A stretch of 61,291 nt of DNA, filler included, from Catajapyx aquilonaris (lineage: Eukaryota), in assembly GCA_000934665.2 (NCBI GenBank). It is 2 parts of 2 records of this genome, joined end to end, with 100 filler letters (N's around TTAATTAATTAA, not from the genome) between each part and the next. Parts side by side here need not be neighbours in the genome. Positions count along the whole stretch, not along the records: positions 30,722 to 61,291 come from JYFJ02004631.1; 1 more part is not named here. One strand, 5' to 3'. Every line of letters begins with the position of its first letter. Within the stretch, counting starts at the first letter, position 1. Of this stretch, positions 40,620-53,200 are shown one piece after another. The translations under genes and the position numbers were made by a program. The notes beneath the pieces are model-generated. The model did no database searches. It was not told the DNA's origin and saw only the letters and a program-made list of their open reading frames with translations.

Positions 40620-41304
40620 ATGCCGGCCGTCAACGTCAGCTTGTCGACACCCCCACCTGAAGAAGACGATTCGACGACGGAGGAGTCGCTGGCGAAATTT
40701 CAGCTGAGTCTTTTCTGCAAGAATGTCACCCTGGCACTGGACAGGTTAAAACCCAAGAACGAGTACGACGACAGCTCCAACGCCTTCCTGTACATAGTTT
40801 TCGTTCTCACGTTCTACGCCTGCAGCATAGTTATCCTCATGATCAAGTACATTCGAAGAGAAAGGGAAGGTGTCCAGCTGGAGTATTATTACGACGAGTT
40901 TGTCAAGAGGGAGGCGTTCCAGTATCGTCTTTTCGACAAGACTGGACGCCTGCTCCCTTTGCCCTCTGACCCGTCCAGTATCCAAACACTCACGAAGCTA
41001 GTCCAACCAGGAACGTCGGGACACAGGTTAGTACCAAATGTGCTCACCATTAGGCCTAGATTCAGGCCTAGAGCAACTAGGCCTAGCTCCAGGCCTAGTT
41101 ACTAGCCCTGAACCCTAACGCGTTAGGCACAGCTTCAGTCCTAGTATGACCCGGTTCCTCCAACATTTTAACTAATCATGACCTTGCAGACCTGAATGTC
41201 CAGGGGACAGAAGAGGATCGACGTCCTCATCTAGTGATGCGGATGACATTCCCCCGTCAGAACCTCTCAAGAAAGTGCGAGTGTATAACGAAACCAATGT
41301 ATAG
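40620..41304 (+). CDS. Small single-pass membrane protein, KCNE/MinK-like (about 173 aa, 2 coding exons)
   Basis: Acceptor before 40569, ATG 40620; exons 40620-41026 and 41190-41304 (522 nt, in phase). Sequons N5-V-S and N35-V-T, hydrophobic segment AFLYIVFVLTFYACSIVILMI followed by KYIRRER, C-terminal ETNV. Confidence 0.75.
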
Positions 41305-41641
41305 CAGCAGTCGGCCCCATTTACAGGGGGAGTGATTGGATGGTGGGCCCCTTTTTGACGCAAAATGGGCTCGACTTAGAGTGTGATTTCTGGTCAGGCT
41401 GACGTAGGCCAAATTTAAAATGCCATTCCGATCGGAAATGAGCAACACACGAAATGGATAAGAGTTAGCACCCCTTCACGATAAATCACTTCGAGGGGGA
41501 GTAAGCACCGGTGATTTACGATCCCGTTTTATTGCTGATTTCGGCTACTCGGCAGCCCCCGTGGAGGAGCAATAAGGGAAATGAATAGCAGTTCCTCAGT
41601 GTTGGGTTATACACATACACATACACACACACACTCGTCTT

Positions 41642-41988
41642 GTCTTGACTAAGGCGTGGGGACGGACATTGATCACTTTTCACTGCGAGTGTAAACTGAT
41701 CTAACCTAACCTAACCTAACCTAACCTAACCTAACCTAACCTTACCTAACCTATCCAACCTAACCTACCCTACCCTAAGTAACCTAGGCTGAGAAAAATG
41801 GACTTTTGTGAAAACCTACAAATGAAAATAGTGGGGACATGTCCCCACTAATTTACACATGTCCCCACTGTAATGGTACACTTCGCGTGTGTGAGACTGT
41901 GGGGACCGACAAATGTCCCCACAATTGGAACTGGTCCCCACAGCTACAGTAAAACCACAGACTTCCGTCCCCAGACCTTAGTCAAGAC
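41642..41988. mobile_element. TIR element flanked by (CA)n and carrying a (CCTAA)n tract
   Basis: 25-bp TIR GTCTTGACTAAGGCGTGGGGACGGA / TCCGTCCCCAGACCTTAGTCAAGAC (2 mismatches); internal GTGGGGAC/GTCCCCAC motifs; (CA)n on both sides. Confidence 0.7.
41701..41786. repeat. Interstitial (CCTAA)n = arthropod telomeric (TTAGG)n repeat
   Basis: Eight perfect CTAAC units followed by degenerate copies. Confidence 0.9.
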
Positions 41989-44900
41989 CTGATCACACAC
42001 ACACACTACTCCAGTTGTTATAGCTACTGCATAGGGTGCCTTCTAAGTGTTGGGAGATTTAATTACTGTGTATATGTTGTATCAATTCTTGCGTGCATTT
42101 TTATAGTTATGGAATTTGTGGGAAAGCAGGCTCATTGTTTCAAATGTGGGATTGATATTATAGGCTACTCTATGTAAGGTTGTGGATTAGTTTTTGACAT
42201 AGGCTTAGGTTCTGATTGCTTTGCAAAATGTGCCAAATTTAATTGAGATTGATGGACTATAAATGGACATTCTTAAAATTTTTGTTACTGATCTGGTGCT
42301 GTTTGAAATTAATGAATGCTAATTGCAGGATATAAGCACATTCTACTGCATTTTCAGGTGTTGCTGTTGCGTAACAAAAAAAGCAATCAACCATTTAACA
42401 TTTGGTGTGGGTTATTTTTCTTTGCCAGTCTCTAGCCCGCAGTTTCTGCTCGTGGGTTTATAAAAATCAGACCTTTACTTCCTTTTCACATCTGGAATAC
42501 ATTTGAGGTTTGGCACGCACATTTGTTGCTTTAGCCATCAAGAGTCTAAAAGTGAACGCTGCCGCAAAGTGAACATCTTGGTAATGACAAAATGATCGTA
42601 AATTTCTGCAACGCAAATTTTTGGTTTTACTATATAGCGTTCCTCGAAGAGCTGTCTCTGAGTACCTTTGAGTAACTGATCCCCTTAAACTACTATAGCT
42701 GCAGTTGATCAGTAGGGTTTGCTTATTTCCCAAGCCCTAAGAGCATTCATAGGAGAATATTTAAGTATTCTAGTTGAACCCTTTAACAATGCGTTGCTTC
42801 ATATCAGTGAGGATCACAGTGAACATTTCATTTCAGACATGGGAACATGAAGGATCAGTAGCATATCAATACCAATAGGATTGAGGTACCAGAGGTAGAA
42901 GTTTTCTGTAGGCTATATTATAAAGTAGCCAGCATTTTCCTCCCAAATATTTGCTCATTTATGTCAGTACCTTTTTGCTGCTAATTTTCATTGTGATAAA
43001 TTAGGCACTTTTTTGTTACATCTAAGTTTTAGTAGTGTAGTTAATACTGGCACAGTATAGACTTTAATAGAGTCAATATCTGCATTTGCATTTGAAATCA
43101 TGTAGGAATGCTAGACGTTACTCTTCTTTATCGATATTGCGAGAAAAATACTCTGGTATAGATTGTTACAGTACACATTTTATTATAATGCACCGTCTCT
43201 ATCTATGCACTTAAATGCGGGAGCACATGTTACTCTTCACAGTTTTTACTGAACATGATCGTATTGCAATTGAAAAATTGCATTTTACTCCTATACCTCC
43301 TCCTTCCTTTCGAGAAGTAGTCACAATATTAATTCAGTAGTATCAAATAACTACTGCAATAATGTACAAGTCGATTTACAACCTACGTAGGCCTTACCTA
43401 TATTCAATGCAAAGAAATTAAAATGTATCTTGTAACTCTATACAGAAACAGTTTTATTCAAGCCTGATGATCGTTATCCTACTACTTGTAATGTTAACAT
43501 CCTTTCAGGAGAAACGAAAATAAATAGTTATTCGACTACAATACTTTTTCTACTTTCACGTTAATTCCTACACACAAAACGGTGACACACTTTCGACACA
43601 AAAATATACTGTATGTCATATGACACAAAAAAGCGCCAGAAATCCTGTCAACTCATTTTGTGTCAATGTGTGTAAAAAAAAGTGCACATTTGTTGTGTCA
43701 AAACGTTTTATACGTTACACATTTTAAAGTGTGATTAATATTATTCGTTATCTACTTATACACTGTAACAGAAATTCATCGAAGCCTGACTTTCGTGGTG
43801 CATAAAGGTCAAAGCAAGTTAACTGATCTCAGTCACTCAGAGAGTGAACCAGGTGTGAAATGACAAGATTAACCAGTCTCCTGCGTCATACAAGACTTAA
43901 GTTCACTAAACAATTGAAACTAATTTGGAAGAGCTATATATACGCGTGAAGGATTTTCCATGGTGAGTACTTAATAGCAGCGAGTGCTTCAGTACGCAGC
44001 AAATGTTGAAGTGTTTTGCACGTTGGATTAAACGACATTCCCATCTTCACTATATCGTTTTTGGAATTTTGCACGCATATTTACCACAGAGTGCAGCAGC
44101 ACTCTCGAGTCTCAGAGCTTGCCGCTTCGTTATCTATTTGGAAGATTACCATAATCCGATTAAAAAGCATTTGCAAACTTTGTGGTAATGAGTATAAACT
44201 CGGAAAATAGTATTCCGCCGAAACGCGCACAGTATTCAAAAAGCTATTTCCACGAAACACAACACATTTCACGCCCCAGTGATTTTTCGAGTTAGCCACA
44301 AGTAATTATCATTTTTACGACAATAGCAATAATTACACATATGACAGACGCTTCATTGTGTGAATACACGTGTATAGACACACCCCCAAATTTCAATTTT
44401 AAGTGTCATAAATTCAACCCTGGTCATGCATGCAGTGAGCACGCTCTTAGCTTCGACATTAATGGCTTGTAAGTACCCACGTAATTAATATGCACCATGT
44501 CCCCGCATTCCCCTAGACCCCTATTTGCACACGCAAACCTTCCGACTTTTCAACTCACTGAACCCTCCCAGAAAACACACACACACACACACAAAAAGAG
44601 TGGAAAGCCAAGCCCCCTCGGCGAAGGGAACAACCACAATATGGTCCCCCAGAATGAGGCTCGAAAACCAGCCATAAAATAACCGATACCGCAGGGCTCC
44701 ACGCTGCCTCCGAAACACCCTTTCAGTCCAGAAATTTAGCCTGACAGGCACCCTGGCTTATGGGGGGAGACCATATAGGTATATGGAAGGCTTGAAGAAG
44801 AAGAAGAAAAAAAAGGTCGACCTAAAAACTGGAAGCATATTTTATACTAAACATTTATTGCGCAAAAAGCAATTAGCTACATGTTATTAAAGGGCGAAAA

Positions 44901-45303
44901 TCAGCGAATAATTTAAATGTGATTACATGATCGGAGTTTCATGTCTTTTTGTCACCTGCTCTGCTGTGACGTAAGTAAACGGCCCAAATATAGCCGGGCG
45001 GTGATGTGTTTAAATATATAATTCATAGAATCTGAAACCTAGAGAGTGGCACGAACAGGTGCAACATTCGGATTCTGGACAAAACCCTTGCCTAACATAG
45101 ATCGTCTCTATGCCAGAAGCTGACATTGTGAATACAGGACCTACTTGGCTAAAAATATTCGGACCAGCTTGTATTATTCCTGATAGCCGTCAGCAGTTTT
45201 AGAGCGGATCTGTACTGTGCAATTTCATAAGTTATTCCGCTCGGAGCAAGAATGCCAATGGGTTCAAATACAAGTAACTTCCATTACGGTCACATTAAAT
45301 ATT

Positions 45304-48300
45304 TCATTCCCTAAATTTGGCCTTGATGAAAGCAGGCAGTGGGACCACATACAGCAGCAAGTTGATGACCAGCATCCCAGCCCAGAACACGAAGCTGATT
45401 CCAAAGTTAAAGTAGAGCTTCAGATCTTCGTCGAAGGCTGGGTCCCTCAGGTGGTACCTTTCCTCCAGGTAATGGGTACCGTTCAAGTATCTGCATCCGA
45501 ATCCCGAGTTGGTGGGTGAGCACGCAAAGTCCCTTTGTTGTGTCTCGTTCCTGTAAGGAAGCAGCTGCAGGCGGTCCCTGAAGTGTTGTTCCTGCAGGAA
45601 GGCTCCTGTGTATCGGGCTTGTACTATGTAGCTCAGATAATAGAGCCAGTCGGATAATCCGGTTAAGGTTCTGCGGAGAGAAAATGAGGCTGCTTTTACA
45701 CGGAGCATGCGGATGGAATTCTGAATCCGGGTAAACAATCCCCGGTCTAAAATGGAAGCAACAAGCCCACTGGTACATTTAACAAAAATTGTTCCTTAAA
45801 TTTCCAGTAGATTAAATGTAATGAGAACCGTTTTTGGAGCACCCTAGAGGGGTACCGAATGTTCAGAGTAATTCGAAGCCTACTCCACAATATTAATAAC
45901 CGTCATCAGCGGTGGGCTCTTGTTCCTTGCCACGAGGCGTCATCTCCACACCCCATTTGTTTGCCGATAATGGCTAGAAAAACACCTTGGGCACCCCCAA
46001 AACCAGTCCCCGTCAGGACCAGACACAAGTCAAGGGGAAGGGTCCCCTTGTTTGGTGGCATATAAGCCTCCTCCAGAGCATGTCTCACAGTGCTTCTGTA
46101 TATTATTTTTTCGGCATGTACTGTATACAGCTGGTGCCGGGAGAATCGATTTGCAAAATTTGCATAGGATGGGAATATAATATACTGACTTGAGTGTTCC
46201 GCTGGCCAGCACCAGGTAGATGATGGTGAAGTAGATGCTGCAGGCAGCAGAAGTGAAGGAGCTCTTGACCACCATCATGATGGAGATTGTTTGTTGCTCG
46301 GCGAAGAGATAACAGGCCATCAAAGTGCAGGCAAACATCAACCACTGGATGTCACCTTCGATTCCTGACAGCCTAATAAAAAACATAATAATTTCTTGAT
46401 GCGCATAGTGGTACAGAACAAACCCATCAAGCACCCAATATTTAAACATCGTACCAAACTTTCTCGCCATCAGAAATTAACCGATACGCCGCAGGTTTCT
46501 ACTTTTTCCCATCCAGTATTGACAAAAACCGTGTGTGTGTGTGTGCACCGTTCCAAAGTGAAATTTCCTGGCCGCGTAATGTGAATCTGAAAGCAAATCT
46601 GTCTTCTGCAACCCGATTCTGCTGGGCTTGCTTTCTCTCTCTCCCCACACAGCTCTCAGAAACAGAGCTTGTTGATAGCGCCCGAGGAAACCTCATAAAG
46701 GTGATGTATGTATCTCACAGCACCAACCGGAGGATTTCAGACCGATAAAACACCGTGGAGATAGAAACGACCACAAACGCCTTTAGTAGATTCCTGCCCC
46801 ATATATCCACCACACATTTTAAGCTCAGGCCATTTTTCCACCATTTTCTTAGAAGAAGATAATGCGATGGAAGGCTTTCAGAGCTGGATAGATGAGCCAT
46901 AGGAGAAACTTCCTTCTTTGATAAAGCACAACTAGCAACCGCCTGCGTGTATGCAAATCCTACAAACTTGGCTCGTTAACCCGGTTGATAAGGAAGATTT
47001 GTGGCTCGCATGCTGCCTCTTTAAAGTGAGAATGTTCCGACAATTTGAGCTCTAATTTTGCACTTACCCAAACACGATCCTGGAGGCTGCTAACATGGAC
47101 AGCAATGCCATGGGAAAACTAAACAACATGTAGTTCAGGATAAATAGTGGTCCAGAATAAACTCCTTCTCTCGATTCCTGGTAGTATCTGGTGCGGAAAG
47201 GTCCAACTATAGGATTTAAAACAGAAAATGTAAGACCCAAATTGTAACTGTAACAGGTTAGATAAATTCATAGTTTGATCAGGTTGGCAGCACTGTCGGG
47301 ATCCATTTCATGGTGTCATAAAAGTAAAATCCAACTTTTGCTGATCCACATTTTTTGGTGGGCGAAATACTACCTAGGGACTTACTGAAGCGTGAATGAG
47401 ATTACCCATTTAAGATTTAACAGCTTTCAAATTACAAGATCAGATATGACTTCTCCCATATTTTCTTCTTCTTACATTATGAGAAATTGCTCCTGGTGGC
47501 AATGGAACCACTCAAGGTTTATTTCTTATGGTTGGGCAAATAAAGTGCATCGTTTGTCTGTCTAGATCCTGTCGTCAGCAAACAGAGTGACGGGCCAGAA
47601 TCACCGGGCCCCTTTTTCTCTTCTTCTTCTTTTTTATTATTTTCCTTTCCTTGCCCCTGAGGCGATAATGGAATTGAGAAATGATTTCTCCAGCTCTTTA
47701 CAAGCCGCTGGCCCAAAATCGATATGGAAGAGATCGAACTTGGTGCCGTCACACAGAGGACAATCCCCCTGGCTATGTTTTCCACAGAATTTCCAGTCCG
47801 TTGATCCTATTGTTTCGCTCCCTTTTGATCCGGTTTTCTGCTAAACTACATGACAAACAAATTATTTTTCTGGGAATGTAACAGTGGGGCAGGGGGGGGG
47901 GGGNGGGGGGGGGGGCGTGTAAAAATTTTAGCTACTTTGAAGCCATGTCGGTCCACAGTACTTTTGATGTTTGATTTGCATACGTGGTAGCAATTTTCAG
48001 CGCACATTACGCATACCATAATGCTTGACCTAGTGGAGTAAAAGGCGGAAAATGCGCAATCACGAGCGTGGAATACCATTACACTAAGTAAACTACAAGC
48101 TGACCAAAAAGGTGACGGACACATTAGTGCGAATTGTTGCAAAGTTTACTTGTTTAATATTATTTAATACTCACATGTGCATGCGGTGATGCATATGGCG
48201 AGAAAGTAAGCTCCAGCCATGCAGTTGAAGATGAGTCCGTTTCTGGACACGAACGTCCTCTGATAATTCTGCGGATACAAAAATCGCGAACCAATGAACA

Positions 48301-50277
48301 TCACCCACCCGCATATTGTATATATAAGCAGTGAGATTACAGGACGTCAGAGCTGTCAGCAAACGAATAAATCCACCCGGATTAGCCCCGGATTTAAAAA
48401 CCCGGGTGACAGGTCCCAATGTGGGTAATGGCTCACCTTCATGCCGTAGTAGAATATCCAGAGGATGAAAAAATACAGAGGAAGAAGAGCCAGTCGGAGG
48501 AACATGTCCTTCATGCCTCTCTTACGGAAATTAAAGGTGGCCGAATAGGAGCGTCTGAAAAAGATGGGTGTGTCATACAGGTTAGATTGAACCACAATAT
48601 TTAATTCATCTGATTTTTTTTCTTCCTTACGAGACGAGTGAGGCCAGGACGTGGAAGCATCCGGGCCTCCCGAATGCTGTCAGGGGCATCTTCTGCTGGA
48701 CTTCCGCCTGGTCCAGCTCCAGGGAAGGTCCAGCATATTTCCGGAAAGGTGCACCCTCCAGCTTGAATTTCTCTACCAGGGCTGCTATCTGATTTGTAGA
48801 CTCTACAAACCTATCTCGAGAACGACGGTCCACTGTAGACAAGCACACTGAAATTGAAGAAAAAAAAATGTATATGTGAGACAGCATACCAGCTAAAAAT
48901 TACTTTGCGGACTTACAGTAGTACATGAGTGGGTTCTCCAGCTCAGGACATGGAAACCCGATGTTTCTGAAGTAATCTAACATCATCCTGGTGCTTCCAG
49001 TGTACACAACGTCACCGAGACAAAGGTAGGTGACACGATCCAGGAAAGGAAAAATGTCTGAGCGAGGCTTCTCCATGGTAAGCACCACTATTCGGTTGTA
49101 CTTCTTGGCATGGTTCGATAATATCGACACCAAGAAGTAGGTGTTGAGAGGATCCAGGTCTTGAGTCGGCTCATCCAGCAGAAGCACCACTACAAGAAGT
49201 TTACAACCAGATGTTAGCATAAATCAAAGAAAGTTTCAGATTAAACTATCCTATATAGTAACCATCAGCACTTGAAGGTGAGGGTTAGAGGAAGTTACGT
49301 ATGTCAAAAACTTTTTTGCGTACGTAGTACTTGACTAAACTTTTCCAAACTCAATGATTCTTTCAGTTAGTTAATTCTTCTGTACTAATATGATCAAATT
49401 TGAAGGCCATTACTGCTGAATCACTCGTAAGGATGGCCATGGGGTGGGCAGTGGGCGGTGACCACCACAAAGTGAAAATTAAAAAGTCACGTCCTTTTAA
49501 GACACACTTTCATGAACAGTGTACCGTTCACAAACAGTGTAACTCCCAACTAATTTCAAGTTTGAGCGAGGCCCTGTAATTATGCTTTAATTGCTTATTA
49601 TTGCCAGTTTTTTTTCTATTTTCTTATACCTGGATCTTTAACCACTTGCACGGCCACCACCAGCCTGCGATATTCGCTGGTGGTTATGTCTTCCGTGCTC
49701 CAGTTGGCCACTTGTGTCAGAGCCAAGTCTCCCAGAACCTGCTTCACGCGCGACTTCTTCACGAAGCCTGACACCTGTTGGAAAGCAAGCGAAACTCATT
49801 TTATATGACAAATATTTCACAGTTTGAATTTTATATAAACACACCTTTGATCCGATGGTAAGATTGGCCGCGTAGTTGAGCGTCTGTTGCACTGTGAGCC
49901 CTGGCAAAAGGTCACTCTTGTGCGTGACATATCCGCAGTTGTCTTGGAAGAGTCGCAGGGACACTGGCGTATTGTTGAGGAGAATCTGCCCTCGTACGGA
50001 GCCTTGAGCTCTTCTGGACAATACCTCCAACAAAGCTCGCTTGCCACTGCCTGTATAATTAGACGTGGTGTACTTGGCCATTAATTGCTAAACAACTAGC
50101 CTTACCTTTAGATCCAAGAATGGCCATGACCTCTCCTCCATGCACCTCAATTGACACATCTTTCAGGATAACACCTGTCCTGATGTTACCCACCAGCTTC
50201 TGAAAGCACGTTCCTGGTTCCACCTGACCCGAATGAAACACATTGCACAGCTCCAGAACATACTCGTTGGTCATCAT
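45304..50277 (-). CDS. ABCG5: ABC transporter subfamily G half-transporter, ABCG5-like (637 aa, 10 coding exons)
   Basis: Exons 50277-50106, 50050-49845, 49774-49630, 49189-48917, 48847-48631, 48554-48437, 48268-48175, 47206-47068, 46372-46190 and 45670-45304 (1914 nt, phase-consistent). N-terminal NBD (ILGSKGSGK, LLLDEPT, FPCPELENPL) then TMD. YVLELCNVFHSGQVEPG and VPLPAFIKAKFRE recall the Drosophila CG11069 group. Minus-strand AATAAA near 44854. Confidence 0.88.
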
Positions 50278-53200
50278 GGCTGCCACACCCGACCTGTAAA
50301 GAAACATGTTTACCATCGCATGTCTCCTCTTCTTCTGCCCATTCTCAAGGAATGGAGGGTGGGCATTCTTTTCCAGCCAGTTGCATCACTTCCTCGCTAC
50401 ACTTCCTTCGCGTGTTGAGGGCAACGCAACAAATTTCCGGCCATTTTTCCGGTTTGCTTTAGAGTCCTATAAGGAATGTTACTTACAGGCCAGCCGAGAC
50501 ACACTCCTTCCACCAGCTATTACTTTGGAATCACTACAAAACCAAGGCCTAGTGACGAGGTCTACCACCCCTCTTTGGCAACCTCCATCCCTCCCCACGT
50601 CACCATCCGCATCTCCGATTGGTGGACACCTGCCGTGACCGGAGGGGGCTGTTTGTGTTGGAGAGGTGGGTTTGGAGAAGGTAGTGGGGGTTACAGAAAG
50701 AAGAGGAAAAAAAAAACATACCACAAGCCATCCGAAAAGAGCCGAGTTTGCAGTGCGGAGGACGTGAAATGTGCCTCTCCTTATTCTGAGGATCACAACT
50801 GCTGGAGGACTGCTCCGGATGAGGTGAAGTTTCGCGTCATGGTGTCTCGTCCGTGCCAGTGACCTTTTCGGATGGGAGTGGTCATGCTCGCCGTTGCTGC
50901 TGGGACCATTTCGTGGTAAGTGACCAGTGGACACTCGGCACAACTGTGTCCAAGTAGTACGAAAAACTATCAGTGTCTCGTGCATGTAATTCCGCATTCT
51001 GGGCCTCTAAGTACTGTGTATTATAATTGCCCTGACGTTCATAATTAGTGGTATGTCTGCATAAAAGCCCATATGGCCCACCTAGCCAGTGCGGTTTGGA
51101 CCAGGAAGAAACTTGCGGTTTGTCAGGACGTGTCGGTCTTTTTGCAGGAAATCGCCATACTTGAGCAGGTTATTTTATGTTGAAAAAATTGTAGTCACCA
51201 TTATATGGAGGCATAAAAACTTGGTGGTTACACGTACCTACTTAGTGTGCAACAGGCAAGTGAAGGCTCGAATTTCTCACACTGGAATGTGGGATAATTT
51301 TACAAAATTATTAATTTTTTTGTGTAGTAGCCTACTGCATGCAATTATTATTTTTGAACAGCTGCCACGTTCGCCGATTCGGATCTTGACCGGGCTTTTT
51401 CAAGATCAGACCATGCATGACTTATACATATTGTATTCAGAAGCGCTTGAAGTTTCATAATAATTAATAAACCTTTGCGTCACATACGATGCCAGATTAT
51501 ACGATATTAAGTCACGCACTCTGAGAAAAAAAAACACCGTCCTATTTCCCCACACTGCTTCCAAGGTCCTACTCTTAGGTGCAAGTCCCCCCCTTCTCAT
51601 TTTCACGCAATTATTTTCTCCCCCGGAAAGCTGGTGTCACGGGTCGAGAATGCAGCATTACGAAGGTATAGGAGAAGCACACAAAAAAATGGCTTCTCTC
51701 CCTCTCCGACATGCCTACCTTTTCAATGGTGCCCCCCCTGATGTTGAAGGAGACCTTGAGCAGTTGGTTGTCCGGACAGCATTCCTTCTGGCGGGCTATT
51801 GCAATTTTAGAGCTGAGTCACAATGCACGTAGCAAAAACGGTTCTTTGAACTACAGGCGACAGATCGCTGCAGATTCGATCATTCAAGTCTCCCCAAAGT
51901 GCAGGATAAATAAAGTCTTTAGACGGCAGATTGAAGGTGACAAGCCCTTTTGTTTGGGCACACTGGCCCGTGGAAATCTGCCAAGGTCTTCCTTCTGGCA
52001 GGATTGGCGAAACAATGTGGTCTAGGACAATGCCACTGATGGCGATACTTGTCTTGCATTTTGGCAGCCACCAGATGCTGATGGAAGTACACGTCTACAA
52101 AATATTATATTCAGGCCGAAGTCGTAAAAAAAATGTACGTATAGGAAATGCCAGCACACCTTACTTAGCATACAAGTCACCGTCCCTTAAAGGCGGGACG
52201 AATGTGTCATCCGGCCATGTACACACGTTTAGCTTGAACAGTTATAAGAATTGCAGGCGTGATTTTTCTAGGAGGAGGAGGAGAGAGGGATAGAAAGAAA
52301 GAGAGGTGAAAGCATGCAGTTACTCTCGCCTTCCGAATAAAAATTTCTGGTTGACTTCACTTTAGGCTCGACTGAATTCAAGTGTTTCGTTTCGGCGTGA
52401 AAAATGAAGCAGAGGGGGGAGGAAACGTGACAACTCAAGCCGTCACCCAAAAAAAAGGGTGCTCGTGATCAGAGAGCGTATCCAAATCTCATTTTTTTAA
52501 CGTTAGATAGAGAGACCTTCGTAGTTTTATAATAAAAAAATTCAGGTGCAGCAAAGGATGATATATTTACACTTTTAAAAGTGAAGCTTGGTTTTAAAGC
52601 GTGGGGTAGTACCAGTAGTATCAATCAAGACATTTGCAAGGATAACACGAACTCCGATCAAAGACAACAACATTTCCGACCTCCGCCTTTGGTCTATTGA
52701 CAAATATCGTAAGACACGTAAGCTACTTACAATACAACAAATCAAAGGCGGGGTCACAAACGTGGGAAATTCGACCTTGTCATCGCCCATTTTGATCACT
52801 GAAAAAAAAGTTTGCAAAAGGGCGGATTCCCAAATTCTAATACAGTGATGAGTTTTAGTGACTTCCCCGCCAAAAAAACAAGGGCGTAGACATCCTCTTT
52901 TTAAAAACGTTTCCACACAAGTGTGTGCTACTTACAGAAAGTGAATGTGCACTTTTTTTATTTGTTATTTTTTTCCCATATCACAACCTGTGCGTGAAGT
53001 TCACAATCCACGAACTTGCATGTGTCCAAATATCTATTGTGCTCAATCATTGGGCCGAGCCACGGGAATAAGCCGTGTCATGATTTTCAAACTGCAGCAT
53101 GCACTGTGTACCAACCTGTTAATTTGCTTGGCGCAATTCATAATAATTGCACCCCCAATAAACCTGACTTGAATTGACATTTGCTAATATTGTGGGCTGA

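Noticed and set aside
50479..50997. 172-aa minus-strand ORF upstream of the ABCG5-like gene
   Set aside because: No recognisable protein features; overlaps the presumed 5' UTR exon and intron.
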